44,296 bases of DNA from contig JBJMMA010000191.1 in assembly GCA_045805065.1 (NCBI GenBank), positions 1 to 44,296 on the forward strand, written 5' to 3'. The translations under genes and the position numbers were made by a program. Positions 28,183 to 36,932 of this stretch are shown one piece after another. The stretch is from Bdellovibrionia bacterium (GTDB taxonomy: Bacteria; Bdellovibrionota; UBA1018). Every line of letters starts with the position of its first letter. Positions within the stretch are counted from its first letter, which is position 1. The notes beneath the pieces are model-generated. The model saw only the letters and a program-made list of their open reading frames with translations, was not told the DNA's origin and searched no databases.

Positions 28183-30006
28183 TTATTGGGTAAGTTCCCG
28201 GAGACGTCCCGTGAGGGCGCTCTGAAGTTTGGTGAATTCAGGAGGAAGAGTCTCACCGAACTTCGCGAAAAATTCGCGCGAGGTCTCAATTTCCTTGCTC
28301 CATTGATCGCGATTGATGCTCATGACTTCCTTGAAACGATCCGAAGTCATTTCGCTCAAACCGTTCCAATCGAGGTCTTCAAAGCGTGGAACAGATCCCA
28401 GCGGAGTCTCCACAGCGCTCCCACGTCCATGGACGCGGTCGATGATCCACTTCAGAACGCGCATATTGTCGCCAAAGCCTGGCCAGAGATACTTGCCGTT
28501 CTCACCCTTGCGGAACCAATTCACGCCGAAGATGCGTGGAGGGTGCGCAACGGAGGTGCCCATCTTGAGCCAATGCTGGAAGTACGTGCCCATGTTGTAG
28601 CCACAGAATGGAATCATGGCCATTGGGTCACGGCGAACTACGCCGACAGCTCCTGCCGCCGCTGCAGTGGTTTCAGATCCAGTGGTTGCAGCAGTGTAAA
28701 CGCCTGCTTCCCAGCTTGGGGCCTGATAAACGAGAGGAATCGTGTCCGGACGACGTCCCCCAAAGACCATGGCGCTGATTGGAACACCGGCTGGATTTTC
28801 AAAATCCGGATCAACGGATGGGCACTGGGAAAGAGGCGCGGTAAAGCGCGCGTTTGGATGCGCAGCCTTGCGTCCGCAACCCGGAGTCCACTCCTGGCCC
28901 TGCCAGTCGAGAAGCCTTGGCGGAGGAGTATCCGTCATTTCTTCCCACCATACATCTTCATCCGGAGTCAGTGCGACGTTCGTGAAGATGGTGTTCTTGG
29001 AAATCGTCATCATGGCGTTTGGATTCGTCTTCATGGACGTTCCTGGTGCCACGCCAAAGAAACCTGCTTCTGGATTGATGGCGCGGAGATATCCGTCCTT
29101 GCCAGGCTTGATCCAGGCAATGTCATCACCGACTGTCGTGACTTTCCAGCCATTGAAAGACTTCGGTGGAATGAGCATTGCGAAATTGGTTTTGCCACAA
29201 GCGCTTGGGAAAGCCGCGGTGACATAGGTCTTCTCGCCATTCGGAGCTTGAACGCCCATGACGAGCATGTGCTCAGCAAGCCAGCCTTCGTCGCGACCCA
29301 TGGTCGATGCGATACGAAGGGCAAAACACTTCTTACCGAGAAGCGCGTTTCCGCCGTAGCCCGATCCAAAGGACCAGATCATGCGCTCTTCTGGGAAGTG
29401 AACGATATACTTATTGTCCTTGTTGCAAGGCCACTTCGAGTCTTTCTGGCCTGGAGCGAGAGGCGCGCCCACAGAGTGAAGCGCTTTCACAAACTCGCCG
29501 TGATCGCCCAGAACTTCCAGGGCACCGCGACCCATACGGGTCATAATCTTCATGTTGACGACAACGTAAGGAGAGTCCGTCAGCTCCACGCCGATATGAG
29601 CGATTGGAGAACCCAGGGGACCCATGCTGAAAGGAACGACGTACATCGTGCGACCGCGCATACAGCCGTCGTAAAGATGCGTGAGCTTTTCCTTCATTTC
29701 CTGAGGAGCTACCCAGTTATTGGTCGGGCCTGCGTCTTCCTTGCGCTGACTGCAGATAAAGGTGCGGTCTTCAACGCGAGCCACATCGGCCGGATCCGAG
29801 AGAGCCAGAAAGCTGTTCGGGCGCTTTTCGGGATTAAGTCTGCGGAGCATTCCGGACTTAACCATCTCGTTACAAAGGCGGTTGTACTCGTCTTCAGATC
29901 CGTTGCACCAATAAACGGAATCTGGCTTGCACAGCGCGGCCATTTGTTCGACCCACTCCAATAATTTACGATGAGAGGTATACGGCGTATGTGTCGCAAC
30001 TTTCAT
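28183..30006 (-). CDS. pckG: Phosphoenolpyruvate carboxykinase (GTP)
   Basis: AAGGAG RBS before ATG 30006; [50 protein letters not shown]. Confidence 0.97.
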   Translation of the reverse strand: MKVATHTPYTSHRKLLEWVEQMAALCKPDSVYWCNGSEDEYNRLCNEMVKSGMLRRLNPEKRPNSFLALSDPADVARVEDRTFICSQRKEDAGPTNNWVAPQEMKEKLTHLYDGCMRGRTMYVVPFSMGPLGSPIAHIGVELTDSPYVVVNMKIMTRMGRGALEVLGDHGEFVKALHSVGAPLAPGQKDSKWPCNKDNKYIVHFPEERMIWSFGSGYGGNALLGKKCFALRIASTMGRDEGWLAEHMLVMGVQAPNGEKTYVTAAFPSACGKTNFAMLIPPKSFNGWKVTTVGDDIAWIKPGKDGYLRAINPEAGFFGVAPGTSMKTNPNAMMTISKNTIFTNVALTPDEDVWWEEMTDTPPPRLLDWQGQEWTPGCGRKAAHPNARFTAPLSQCPSVDPDFENPAGVPISAMVFGGRRPDTIPLVYQAPSWEAGVYTAATTGSETTAAAAGAVGVVRRDPMAMIPFCGYNMGTYFQHWLKMGTSVAHPPRIFGVNWFRKGENGKYLWPGFGDNMRVLKWIIDRVHGRGSAVETPLGSVPRFEDLDWNGLSEMTSDRFKEVMSINRDQWSKEIETSREFFAKFGETLPPEFTKLQSALTGRLRELTQ

Positions 30007-30138
30007 ATCGGACGGCTCCTTCAGAATTTGCGCCAACGTTGACACCGACACGTCGCATTTTCCAGCAAAAAATTTACGCATGCCGCGTCGTTGTCGCGTG
30101 CCGCGTCGATTTTTACCGAACCAGCCCCCAAACTCGTC

Positions 30139-30924
30139 TTAAGACTGGATTAACAATCGAATCTTGCTTTCCCACTCCATGTTTCTGAGAGCGATCCCAA
30201 GCTCCGCACCCCCGTTTGCCAACGGGGTTGCCCAGACATGCCCACCAAATGCTTCAGCTATTCCTCGAACCAGGTAGAGTCCAGGCTTTTTACCTTGGCG
30301 ATCAAACACATGTCGAAGCAGTTCTCCGGCCACGACACCTGGCGCAAGTCGCATTCGGAACAAAACATTCTCACCCTCTTCTTCAATTTGAATCTCAATT
30401 TGAGAAGCGGCAGGCGACACTTTCATTCCAAAAGCAATGAGCCTGGCCAGCGCTTTGGGCACCTTTTCATGATCCGCGACGACGGAGAGCCCTTCTCGTG
30501 CTCCAGTAAGCTGGACGGGAATCGTCTTACTATTTTTCTGAGATTGAGCCTGGGCCAGAGCGTCTCTCATCAGGGACTTTACTTCGCGGCGTATCGGCTG
30601 CACCGCTAAAGTTCCGCTTACGCAGCTTGTCATATCGAGCGCATCCTGCATCGACATCTGAATGCGCTCAGAGGCCTCATCAATCCTTTCGATCATCTGA
30701 AGAATGCTTTGTTCCTTCTCGGTCAGGCCACCGTTGCCTCCCTGAGCAGGAACCAGTCGTCGGGCCAGGGAAGTATTCATCAAAATGCTGGAGAGGGCGT
30801 TCTTCAGATCGTGCGCCAGACCTTCAAGCAGCTCATCGCGGGCCCTCAGGACTTCGGGAAGCTCTTCGGATGGCTCATTAGGCGTCCTGCTCTTTTCTTC
30901 AGTTTTTTCAAAGTTTCTGCTCAT
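30139..30924 (-). CDS. Soluble HisKA protein with degenerate HATPase domain (start uncertain, 30924-31008)
   Basis: AHDLKNALSSI H-box present; N-box and G1 box lost; GLYLVRGIAEAFGG remains. Confidence 0.7.
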   Translation of the reverse strand: MSRNFEKTEEKSRTPNEPSEELPEVLRARDELLEGLAHDLKNALSSILMNTSLARRLVPAQGGNGGLTEKEQSILQMIERIDEASERIQMSMQDALDMTSCVSGTLAVQPIRREVKSLMRDALAQAQSQKNSKTIPVQLTGAREGLSVVADHEKVPKALARLIAFGMKVSPAASQIEIQIEEEGENVLFRMRLAPGVVAGELLRHVFDRQGKKPGLYLVRGIAEAFGGHVWATPLANGGAELGIALRNMEWESKIRLLIQS

Positions 30925-30995
30925 AGATGTATCGTCTGGCTGCTTCGCTTGAAACATGAAGCCATGAGTTGCAAAGGCGGGACCCACACTGCTAT

Positions 30996-31035
30996 CAAGG
31001 AATTTCAAGGAGCAGCAAGGAAATAAAAAGGAGCA
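30996..31035 (+). promoter_or_regulatory. Array of four AAGGA motifs (CsrA-type candidate) ending at the SD
   Basis: CAAGGAAT, CAAGGAGC, CAAGGAAA, AAAGGAGC at 10/10/11-nt spacing. Confidence 0.45.
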
Positions 31036-31038
31036 GCC

Positions 31039-34000
31039 GTGAGCCTATCGTTTTCTGATTTATCCAAAAAGATCGAGCCCTTTGTTGCATCGATCCAAGA
31101 AAACGCCCTGCCCGGAATCTGGTCCCGCGGGATCGCTTTGACGCGCGAAGCCTCATTTATCCCGGATAAACTCGAACCTAACGAACTGATCATCCGCATT
31201 CTCCTCCCCAATCGCCCGGTTCATCCCAGAGTCACCCTTTGGCCGGAAGATGAAGATTCTTACTGCGATTGCGGCGATCGTAACGAGCCTTGCATCCACA
31301 TCGTTGCCGCAGCCATTGCGTGCAAGAACGGCCTACTGAAGTCGGAAAGCACCCCCACCCCCAACCCAACGGGTCAAGCAAACGGCGTGTCTTATCGCTT
31401 TTTTCGCCAAGAGAATCGTTTGCGACTGGAGCGATGGATCCAAGCTGGCACACGAGAAACCCGCCTGGACGAATCTCTCACCTCTTTCATCGGTGGAATT
31501 CAATCTGGCCGGATCTCGCATCCTTCCATTGCGGCCACTCAAGAGGATTATCGGATGGATCAAATCCTGACTCCGTCAGGTCGCAACGCGCCTACCTTAG
31601 AGCGTGATGCATGGGCGAAGGTTTTAGCGCTTCTGGAATCCGCATCGGATCTTCGATTGGATGGTGAAAAGATCACCGCATCGCATTCGGCCGTAGGTAT
31701 TCAAGCTGAAGTGGTTTCTGAGAACGGCGGTTTTCGTTTAAGACGCAAAGCCGACGCCTCAATCAGCGAGGTCTTTGCCCAGGGCATCGTTCGCAGTGGC
31801 TCCGTTTTAAAACCCGTTCGCGATCCCGATCTATCACCATCCGATCGACAACTTCTCCGAGGCGATGGGACATTTTTCTCCCGCCAGGAACTGGGCGCCC
31901 TGGTCTCTGAAATCATTCCAAGACTTGAAAGCAAGCTTCCCGTCAGCCTTCCTGAGAGCGGTCTTCCAAAACTCATCGAATGCGCTCCCAGAATTGCTCT
32001 TGAAGTCGATTCCGAGGGTCCGGACACGGTTTCTGTTTTGACAGACCTCGTCTATGGCAATCCTCCGATTGCACGCGTGAGACTTGACCTCTCTCAAGCA
32101 CCCCTGGAGAGCCTCGTTTCATCGCAGGTTCCAGCTCGCGATATTGCACAAGAGCGCGCGCTTCTTTTCTCGCTTCAATCCGATTTTCATCTTCAGCCTG
32201 GCCAGCGTGTGCGGCTCTCAGGAGATGCGGCACCCGCGTTTTTGCGAAAGATCAAGGAGCGGAAAGATATTGAGGTACGCTCCTCTCGTCCGGCTCCTGC
32301 TACAAAGACTGCTCCTGCTGCTCCGGCTCTTCATGTATTGAACAACGCACTCGTGCCTCATTTTGAAATCAATGAGGATGGCCGTTTTTCGATGAGCTTC
32401 AGCTCTCCCGAAGACGACACTCACACCCCAAAGGAATTCATCGAGGCCAGCAAAGTCTTTCAAGCCTGGCGCGAGAACCGTGAATTTTTCCCACTCCTCT
32501 CAGGTGCATTCGCACCTCTGCCCAAGGGATGGCTCAGTCTTTACGGAGAGAAGATCGAAGCGCTGCTTCAAGCACGTCATCACGATGATCGATTGCCAAA
32601 GTACTTTATCCCTGAGCTTGCCTCACTTTGTCGCGCATCGGATCAGGCATGCCCTGACCCGCTCATTGAGCTCAGTCGCCGCCTGGAGAACTTTCAGGAA
32701 ATTCCAAAGAGCGAGCTTCCAAAAGATCTCACCATCAAACCTCGCGAGTATCAGCGTCAGGGCATCGATTGGATGAATTTTCTTCGCACCCATGAAATGG
32801 GCGCTCTTCTTGCCGATGATATGGGTCTTGGAAAAACGCTGCAGGCTCTTTGTGCGATTCAAGGGAAGGCTTTGATTGTCTGTCCGACCAGCGTGCTATC
32901 CAGTTGGCAGGATCAGATCGAGAGATTCCGCCCATCACTGAAAGTATCCGTGTATCACGGCGGCTCCAGAAAACTGGACTCAGACGCCCAGATCACGCTC
33001 ACCACCTATGGCGTGCTCAGAATGGATCAGGACTCGCTCTCCCGCGCGGATTGGCAAACCATTGTTCTCGATGAAGCTCATGTCATTAAAAATCCAGGCT
33101 CACAGATTGCGCAGGCTGCGCACTCTCTTCAAGCTCCGTTCAGAATCGCTTTGAGCGGCACGCCCGTGGAAAACCGCCTTGCTGATCTTTGGAGCCAGTT
33201 TCAGTTTGTGAACCCAGGGCTTCTAGGCTCACAGGATGATTTTGAAGAGCGCTACGCCGCACCGATTTCTCGTGGAGATCGGAAAGCGGAGGAGCGACTG
33301 CGCGCGCGCATCAAACCCTTTCTCCTTCGCCGTTTGAAACGCGATGTTGCGCCAGAGCTTCCTCCCCGCACCGAAGTCTTGCTTCACTGCGAACTCAATT
33401 CCGAGGAGCGCTCGCTTTACGACGCGATTCTTGCTGCCAGCAAGAAGGAAGTTCTCGAGCAGCTCGGCCAGGGCGGAAGCGTCTTTGCCGCACTTGAGAC
33501 TCTTCTCAGGCTCAGACAGGCATGCTGCCATCCAGCACTCGTTCCAGGTCAGGCAGAGACCGCGCCAAAATCTTCCTCCAAGACTTCGCTCCTCCTTGAA
33601 ACACTTCAGGAATCCATTTCGCTTGGACATCGCTCCTTGGTTTTCTCTCAATGGACTTCGTTCCTCGATCTGCTTGAGCCGCTATTAAGCGCCGCAGGAA
33701 TTGAATTCTGCAGGCTCGATGGAACAACTCCAAATCGCGAGGAAGTCGTTCGTCGCTTTCAAGATCCGAAAGGCCCTCCGATTTTCTTGCTCTCATTGAA
33801 AGCCGGCGGAGTCGGCCTCACTCTCACCGCAGCAGACCACGTCTTCTTGCTCGATCCCTGGTGGAACCCGACCGTTGAGGATCAGGCCGCTGACCGCGCC
33901 CATCGCATTGGTCAGGAAAATCCTGTTCTCATTCATCGCCTGGTGGCGAAGGATACGCTCGAAGACCGCATCCTCTCTCTTCAACGTGAGAAGCAACGCC

Positions 34001-34077
34001 TGTCGGGAGCCGTTCTTGAAGGATCCTCCCAGGCGTCGCAACTCACGCGCGAAGATATCTTTGCTCTTCTCTCCTGA
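31039..34077 (+). CDS. SWIM zinc-finger SNF2 family helicase
   Basis: CDC...PCIH SWIM; LADDMGLGKT, DEAH, SGTPVEN, FSQW, QAADRAHRIGQ. Confidence 0.93.
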   Translation: MSLSFSDLSKKIEPFVASIQENALPGIWSRGIALTREASFIPDKLEPNELIIRILLPNRPVHPRVTLWPEDEDSYCDCGDRNEPCIHIVAAAIACKNGLLKSESTPTPNPTGQANGVSYRFFRQENRLRLERWIQAGTRETRLDESLTSFIGGIQSGRISHPSIAATQEDYRMDQILTPSGRNAPTLERDAWAKVLALLESASDLRLDGEKITASHSAVGIQAEVVSENGGFRLRRKADASISEVFAQGIVRSGSVLKPVRDPDLSPSDRQLLRGDGTFFSRQELGALVSEIIPRLESKLPVSLPESGLPKLIECAPRIALEVDSEGPDTVSVLTDLVYGNPPIARVRLDLSQAPLESLVSSQVPARDIAQERALLFSLQSDFHLQPGQRVRLSGDAAPAFLRKIKERKDIEVRSSRPAPATKTAPAAPALHVLNNALVPHFEINEDGRFSMSFSSPEDDTHTPKEFIEASKVFQAWRENREFFPLLSGAFAPLPKGWLSLYGEKIEALLQARHHDDRLPKYFIPELASLCRASDQACPDPLIELSRRLENFQEIPKSELPKDLTIKPREYQRQGIDWMNFLRTHEMGALLADDMGLGKTLQALCAIQGKALIVCPTSVLSSWQDQIERFRPSLKVSVYHGGSRKLDSDAQITLTTYGVLRMDQDSLSRADWQTIVLDEAHVIKNPGSQIAQAAHSLQAPFRIALSGTPVENRLADLWSQFQFVNPGLLGSQDDFEERYAAPISRGDRKAEERLRARIKPFLLRRLKRDVAPELPPRTEVLLHCELNSEERSLYDAILAASKKEVLEQLGQGGSVFAALETLLRLRQACCHPALVPGQAETAPKSSSKTSLLLETLQESISLGHRSLVFSQWTSFLDLLEPLLSAAGIEFCRLDGTTPNREEVVRRFQDPKGPPIFLLSLKAGGVGLTLTAADHVFLLDPWWNPTVEDQAADRAHRIGQENPVLIHRLVAKDTLEDRILSLQREKQRLSGAVLEGSSQASQLTREDIFALLS

Positions 34078-34086
34078 ACGCTTCTC

Positions 34087-34833
34087 TCAATGACCCATTC
34101 TGAACGGCAATGGGATCGATGGAATCGTGATGGTTGGTAAAACGATAGGCGCAGCCGATGGAGCTGGACTTGACGTTGGACCAAGAATCGTTGCTACCGC
34201 AGACGGGCTTCCAGATGGGCTCGGAGACGGACTTGGGGATGGACTAGGCGAAGGACTTGGACTTGGACTTGGACTTGGGGATGGAGACGGGCTTGGGCTT
34301 GGACTCATGCTCGGACTTGGGCTCACGCTTGGACTCACGCTCGGGCTGACTGAGGGAGCTGGCCCCGGCACTGGTACGACTGGAATGATCGGAATCACGC
34401 CTGGACATTGCGATGGCACGATGAACGTGAACATATGACTGTGATTCAAAGCGACGCTCGATTGCACGCTCACAGTCCCGGTACTTTGCAGCTGTTGAAG
34501 CTGGCCCTTGTTCAGAGTCACCGAGTGAGTATGTTTCTTTCCGTTAATGACTCCGCCATCATAACCTTCGCTCGACTCAAAGGTGATGTTTCCATCGCCA
34601 GGCAAAGACTCAATGAGTGCACCAACATCATTTGCAGTGAGCGCCATCGAATGAATGTGCTGATTGACTTCATTGGCGACAGCGACTGAGTTTGTTCCTG
34701 CTGCTAAGCCCGCTTGTCCTCCGGGCTGGCCTCCAGTCGGCCCATACTGCGCAACAGCACCTTTAAAGATGAATAATGCTGCAACTACTGAAAGGCTTCC
34801 CGCAAACAATCTTTGCCTGGATCCAAATCGCAT
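34087..34833 (-). CDS. Secreted protein with three HxH motifs and a Pro-Ser repeat tail
   Basis: GGAGG RBS; signal peptide; HIH, HTH, HSH; (SP)n tract. Confidence 0.75.
   Translation of the reverse strand: MRFGSRQRLFAGSLSVVAALFIFKGAVAQYGPTGGQPGGQAGLAAGTNSVAVANEVNQHIHSMALTANDVGALIESLPGDGNITFESSEGYDGGVINGKKHTHSVTLNKGQLQQLQSTGTVSVQSSVALNHSHMFTFIVPSQCPGVIPIIPVVPVPGPAPSVSPSVSPSVSPSPSMSPSPSPSPSPSPSPSPSPSPSPSPSPSPSPSGSPSAVATILGPTSSPAPSAAPIVLPTITIPSIPLPFRMGH
34200..34355 (-). repeat. Coding 6-bp-period tandem repeat encoding (Ser-Pro)n
   Basis: GGACTT units and variants, for example GGACTTGGACTTGGACTTGGACTT. Confidence 0.85.
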
Positions 34834-34868
34834 CGCCGATTCCTCCGTGGTTCGGGGATCGGCGATGC
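34830..34868 (-). promoter_or_regulatory. 11-bp hairpin enclosing the SD and start codon of 34087..34833
   Basis: GCATCGCCGAT-N17-ATCGGCGATGC perfect inverted repeat. Confidence 0.7.
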
Positions 34869-34879
34869 AAGCTCATGCC

Positions 34880-36271
34880 CTACTGCTGCGCAGGAAGTGG
34901 ACACTTCTGCGAAGTCTGCGCATAAATCGGACATGGATTCACAACAACGCATGACACTATCTGAGTAACAGACGGCGTAGGCGTTGTTCCCGGCGAGACA
35001 CTTGGGCTTGGCGATGGAGATGGACTTGCGCTTGGACTTGGCGAAGCACTTGGACTTGGCAAAGCGCTCGGGCTAACCGACGGACTTGGGCTGATCGATG
35101 GCATCACTGGAGGAACCACGACTGGCGGCACAGAAGTCGTTGGAGCCGGAGTTGAAGTCGGCGAGATTCCTGGCGATGGTGTGGAAACCTGTCGAACCGT
35201 AAACTGTCCCTGCATGTTAGCATCCAGAGAGCTGTGGTATGTGAAGCTTCCCACTTTGTTGAAAACATGCTGGTAGCTCTGACCTGGAAGAATAGCGCCC
35301 GAATCAAAGGAGTCTGCACTTCCCTCGTCGGAGGTCACCGTGTGAGGCTGGGTATCCTCATTGGTCCAGGTCACACTGGTTCCGGCTACGATGTTATAAG
35401 CTCCAACACCATAAGCGCTGCAACCTAAGTCTGCAGCACCCTGTGGAATCGAGATCTCAAGAGTTCGTGAGCGCACGTTCTGAGGATTTGAGAAAGTGCA
35501 TGCGGTTGGAGATGCCGACGGAGAGACTGACGGAGATGCCGATGGAGTTGGCGAAGCGATTCCCGCAGCGAAAGTGCTGGTAGGAGTTGGGGCAACCTCT
35601 CCAGGCATTGCCTCTACCGGATCGGCATCGACAGCCGAAGAGTCCTCTGGAGAACTTGTGGGTGAATTTGTTGGAGCAACCGCTGGAAGAGATGCCTCAA
35701 GCGCCATCAGCGCGGCAGTACCTGCAGCGCTTCCCGATGCAGCAGCTGGAGCAAAGTTCACAGTCGTTCCCCACGTCAATCCTTCATCACCCGAAGCGCA
35801 GGATGCGCTTCCATTGAAATTGACGATGGTCCTGACTTTACAGAACACATTTCCCTGACCGTCGTTTTCAACCGACTGGTCAACCGCGACCTGTCCGTTC
35901 CAGGAGCCGTCTTGCTGAATGGGAATGGCAAGCGAGGTCGGATTCAATCCCTTGCCGGTGACAAGAACCCGTCCATTACGGCAATCCAGGTTCACATCAA
36001 AATCGGTCGCCACAGCGGAGTAAAACTGAAACTGAGGAGAGCACGAGGCGCCTGATTGCTGTTGCTGTTGATAAGGAACCTTCTGCTGAACTTGTTGAGC
36101 AGGCGTCTGATCGCATTTGACGTTGAAATTTCCGAGCGGCGTTGTGGTCGGTGAAAATGTAGCGCCCGGCTGAGAGCGGGATTCACTATCCTCACTCCCT
36201 CCTCCGCAGGCGCCCAAAACAAGCAGCAAACCGATTGAACCAAGCCGAGCCAACAGCGATTTTGTTTTCAC
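34880..36271 (-). CDS. Lipoprotein with Cys-rich beta domain, Pro/Ser linkers and a cupredoxin-like domain
   Basis: Lipobox LGAC; GTSVTWTNED..PHTVTS...FDSG.I.PGQSY...F...G.FTYH..MQG; start GTG 36271 (or 36292). Confidence 0.8.
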   Translation of the reverse strand: MKTKSLLARLGSIGLLLVLGACGGGSEDSESRSQPGATFSPTTTPLGNFNVKCDQTPAQQVQQKVPYQQQQQSGASCSPQFQFYSAVATDFDVNLDCRNGRVLVTGKGLNPTSLAIPIQQDGSWNGQVAVDQSVENDGQGNVFCKVRTIVNFNGSASCASGDEGLTWGTTVNFAPAAASGSAAGTAALMALEASLPAVAPTNSPTSSPEDSSAVDADPVEAMPGEVAPTPTSTFAAGIASPTPSASPSVSPSASPTACTFSNPQNVRSRTLEISIPQGAADLGCSAYGVGAYNIVAGTSVTWTNEDTQPHTVTSDEGSADSFDSGAILPGQSYQHVFNKVGSFTYHSSLDANMQGQFTVRQVSTPSPGISPTSTPAPTTSVPPVVVPPVMPSISPSPSVSPSALPSPSASPSPSASPSPSPSPSVSPGTTPTPSVTQIVSCVVVNPCPIYAQTSQKCPLPAQQ

Positions 36272-36284
36272 AAAGCTCGCTGGT

Positions 36285-36300
36285 TGCAACAACCGAACCG
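36285..36300 (-). promoter_or_regulatory. Putative sigma54 promoter
   Basis: Minus strand CGGTTCGGTTGTTGCA (GG-N10-GC). Confidence 0.45.
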
Positions 36301-36314
36301 TCTAAGGTGCGCTG

Positions 36315-36923
36315 CTAGAGACTTTTAAGACACTCATCTGACGGCTTAGCCGCAGGATCGGCCCACACACCCAAGCGGCCTTTCTGAGCCTGTTCCTGGG
36401 CAGTCTGATAAAGCTTTTGAATCTCAGGGGAAAGGTATTTCTCGTCCCGTTTACAGTAAAAAGCACATCCTGATTGGACGACAGAAATTCCAACATCATC
36501 CGGCGCCACTCCCGCATGAGAAATCATCACGCGGCCCACAGTATGTTGGTCGGAAGCCAGATAAACTGAGCGTATCCACACCGTTTGATTTTCAAGATGC
36601 TTCAAAAGCTCCTCGCTGCAATGCTGTTTGACCGCTTCCGGAAATCCTGTCGTGTCGAGCGCAAGGAGTTCCGCTTCGACCATTTTCTTTTCTTTAGGAT
36701 TATCCAGGGTGAAAAGCAGACGGGTGGGGCTTTGCACCCGAGCGAGCGACACTTTAGCCAGCGTCTTAGGAGCGATGGCAAACTGATCACCACTGCGGAA
36801 GCCGATGACGGCCCACCAGACAGCCAGCAGAATAAACAAAAGCGCAAGTCGGACGACATTGCGCTTAATCACCATTCGAAGAGCCTGTTTAAAAGAAGGG
36901 GACGTTTCCATCCCCTTCTCCAT
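36315..36923 (-). CDS. Membrane-anchored thermonuclease (SNase)-fold protein, degenerate active site
   Basis: One TM helix; C-terminal YQTAQEQAQKGRLGVWAD SNase motif. Confidence 0.7.
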   Translation of the reverse strand: MEKGMETSPSFKQALRMVIKRNVVRLALLFILLAVWWAVIGFRSGDQFAIAPKTLAKVSLARVQSPTRLLFTLDNPKEKKMVEAELLALDTTGFPEAVKQHCSEELLKHLENQTVWIRSVYLASDQHTVGRVMISHAGVAPDDVGISVVQSGCAFYCKRDEKYLSPEIQKLYQTAQEQAQKGRLGVWADPAAKPSDECLKSL

Positions 36924-36932
36924 ATCTTACTT

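Noticed and set aside
28186..29964. 592-aa plus-strand ORF
   Set aside because: Antisense shadow of pckG with no recognisable motifs.
30970..30993. sigma54-like boxes on both strands between the HisKA and SNF2 genes
   Set aside because: Spacing fits but the -24 match is poor.
34200..35100. Repeats as a CRISPR array or non-coding VNTR
   Set aside because: In-frame, codon-degenerate Ser-Pro linkers with no spacers.
26599..36923. GIY-YIG, SNF2 and SNase genes as a defence island
   Set aside because: Not adjacent, interspersed with housekeeping genes, no mobility signs.
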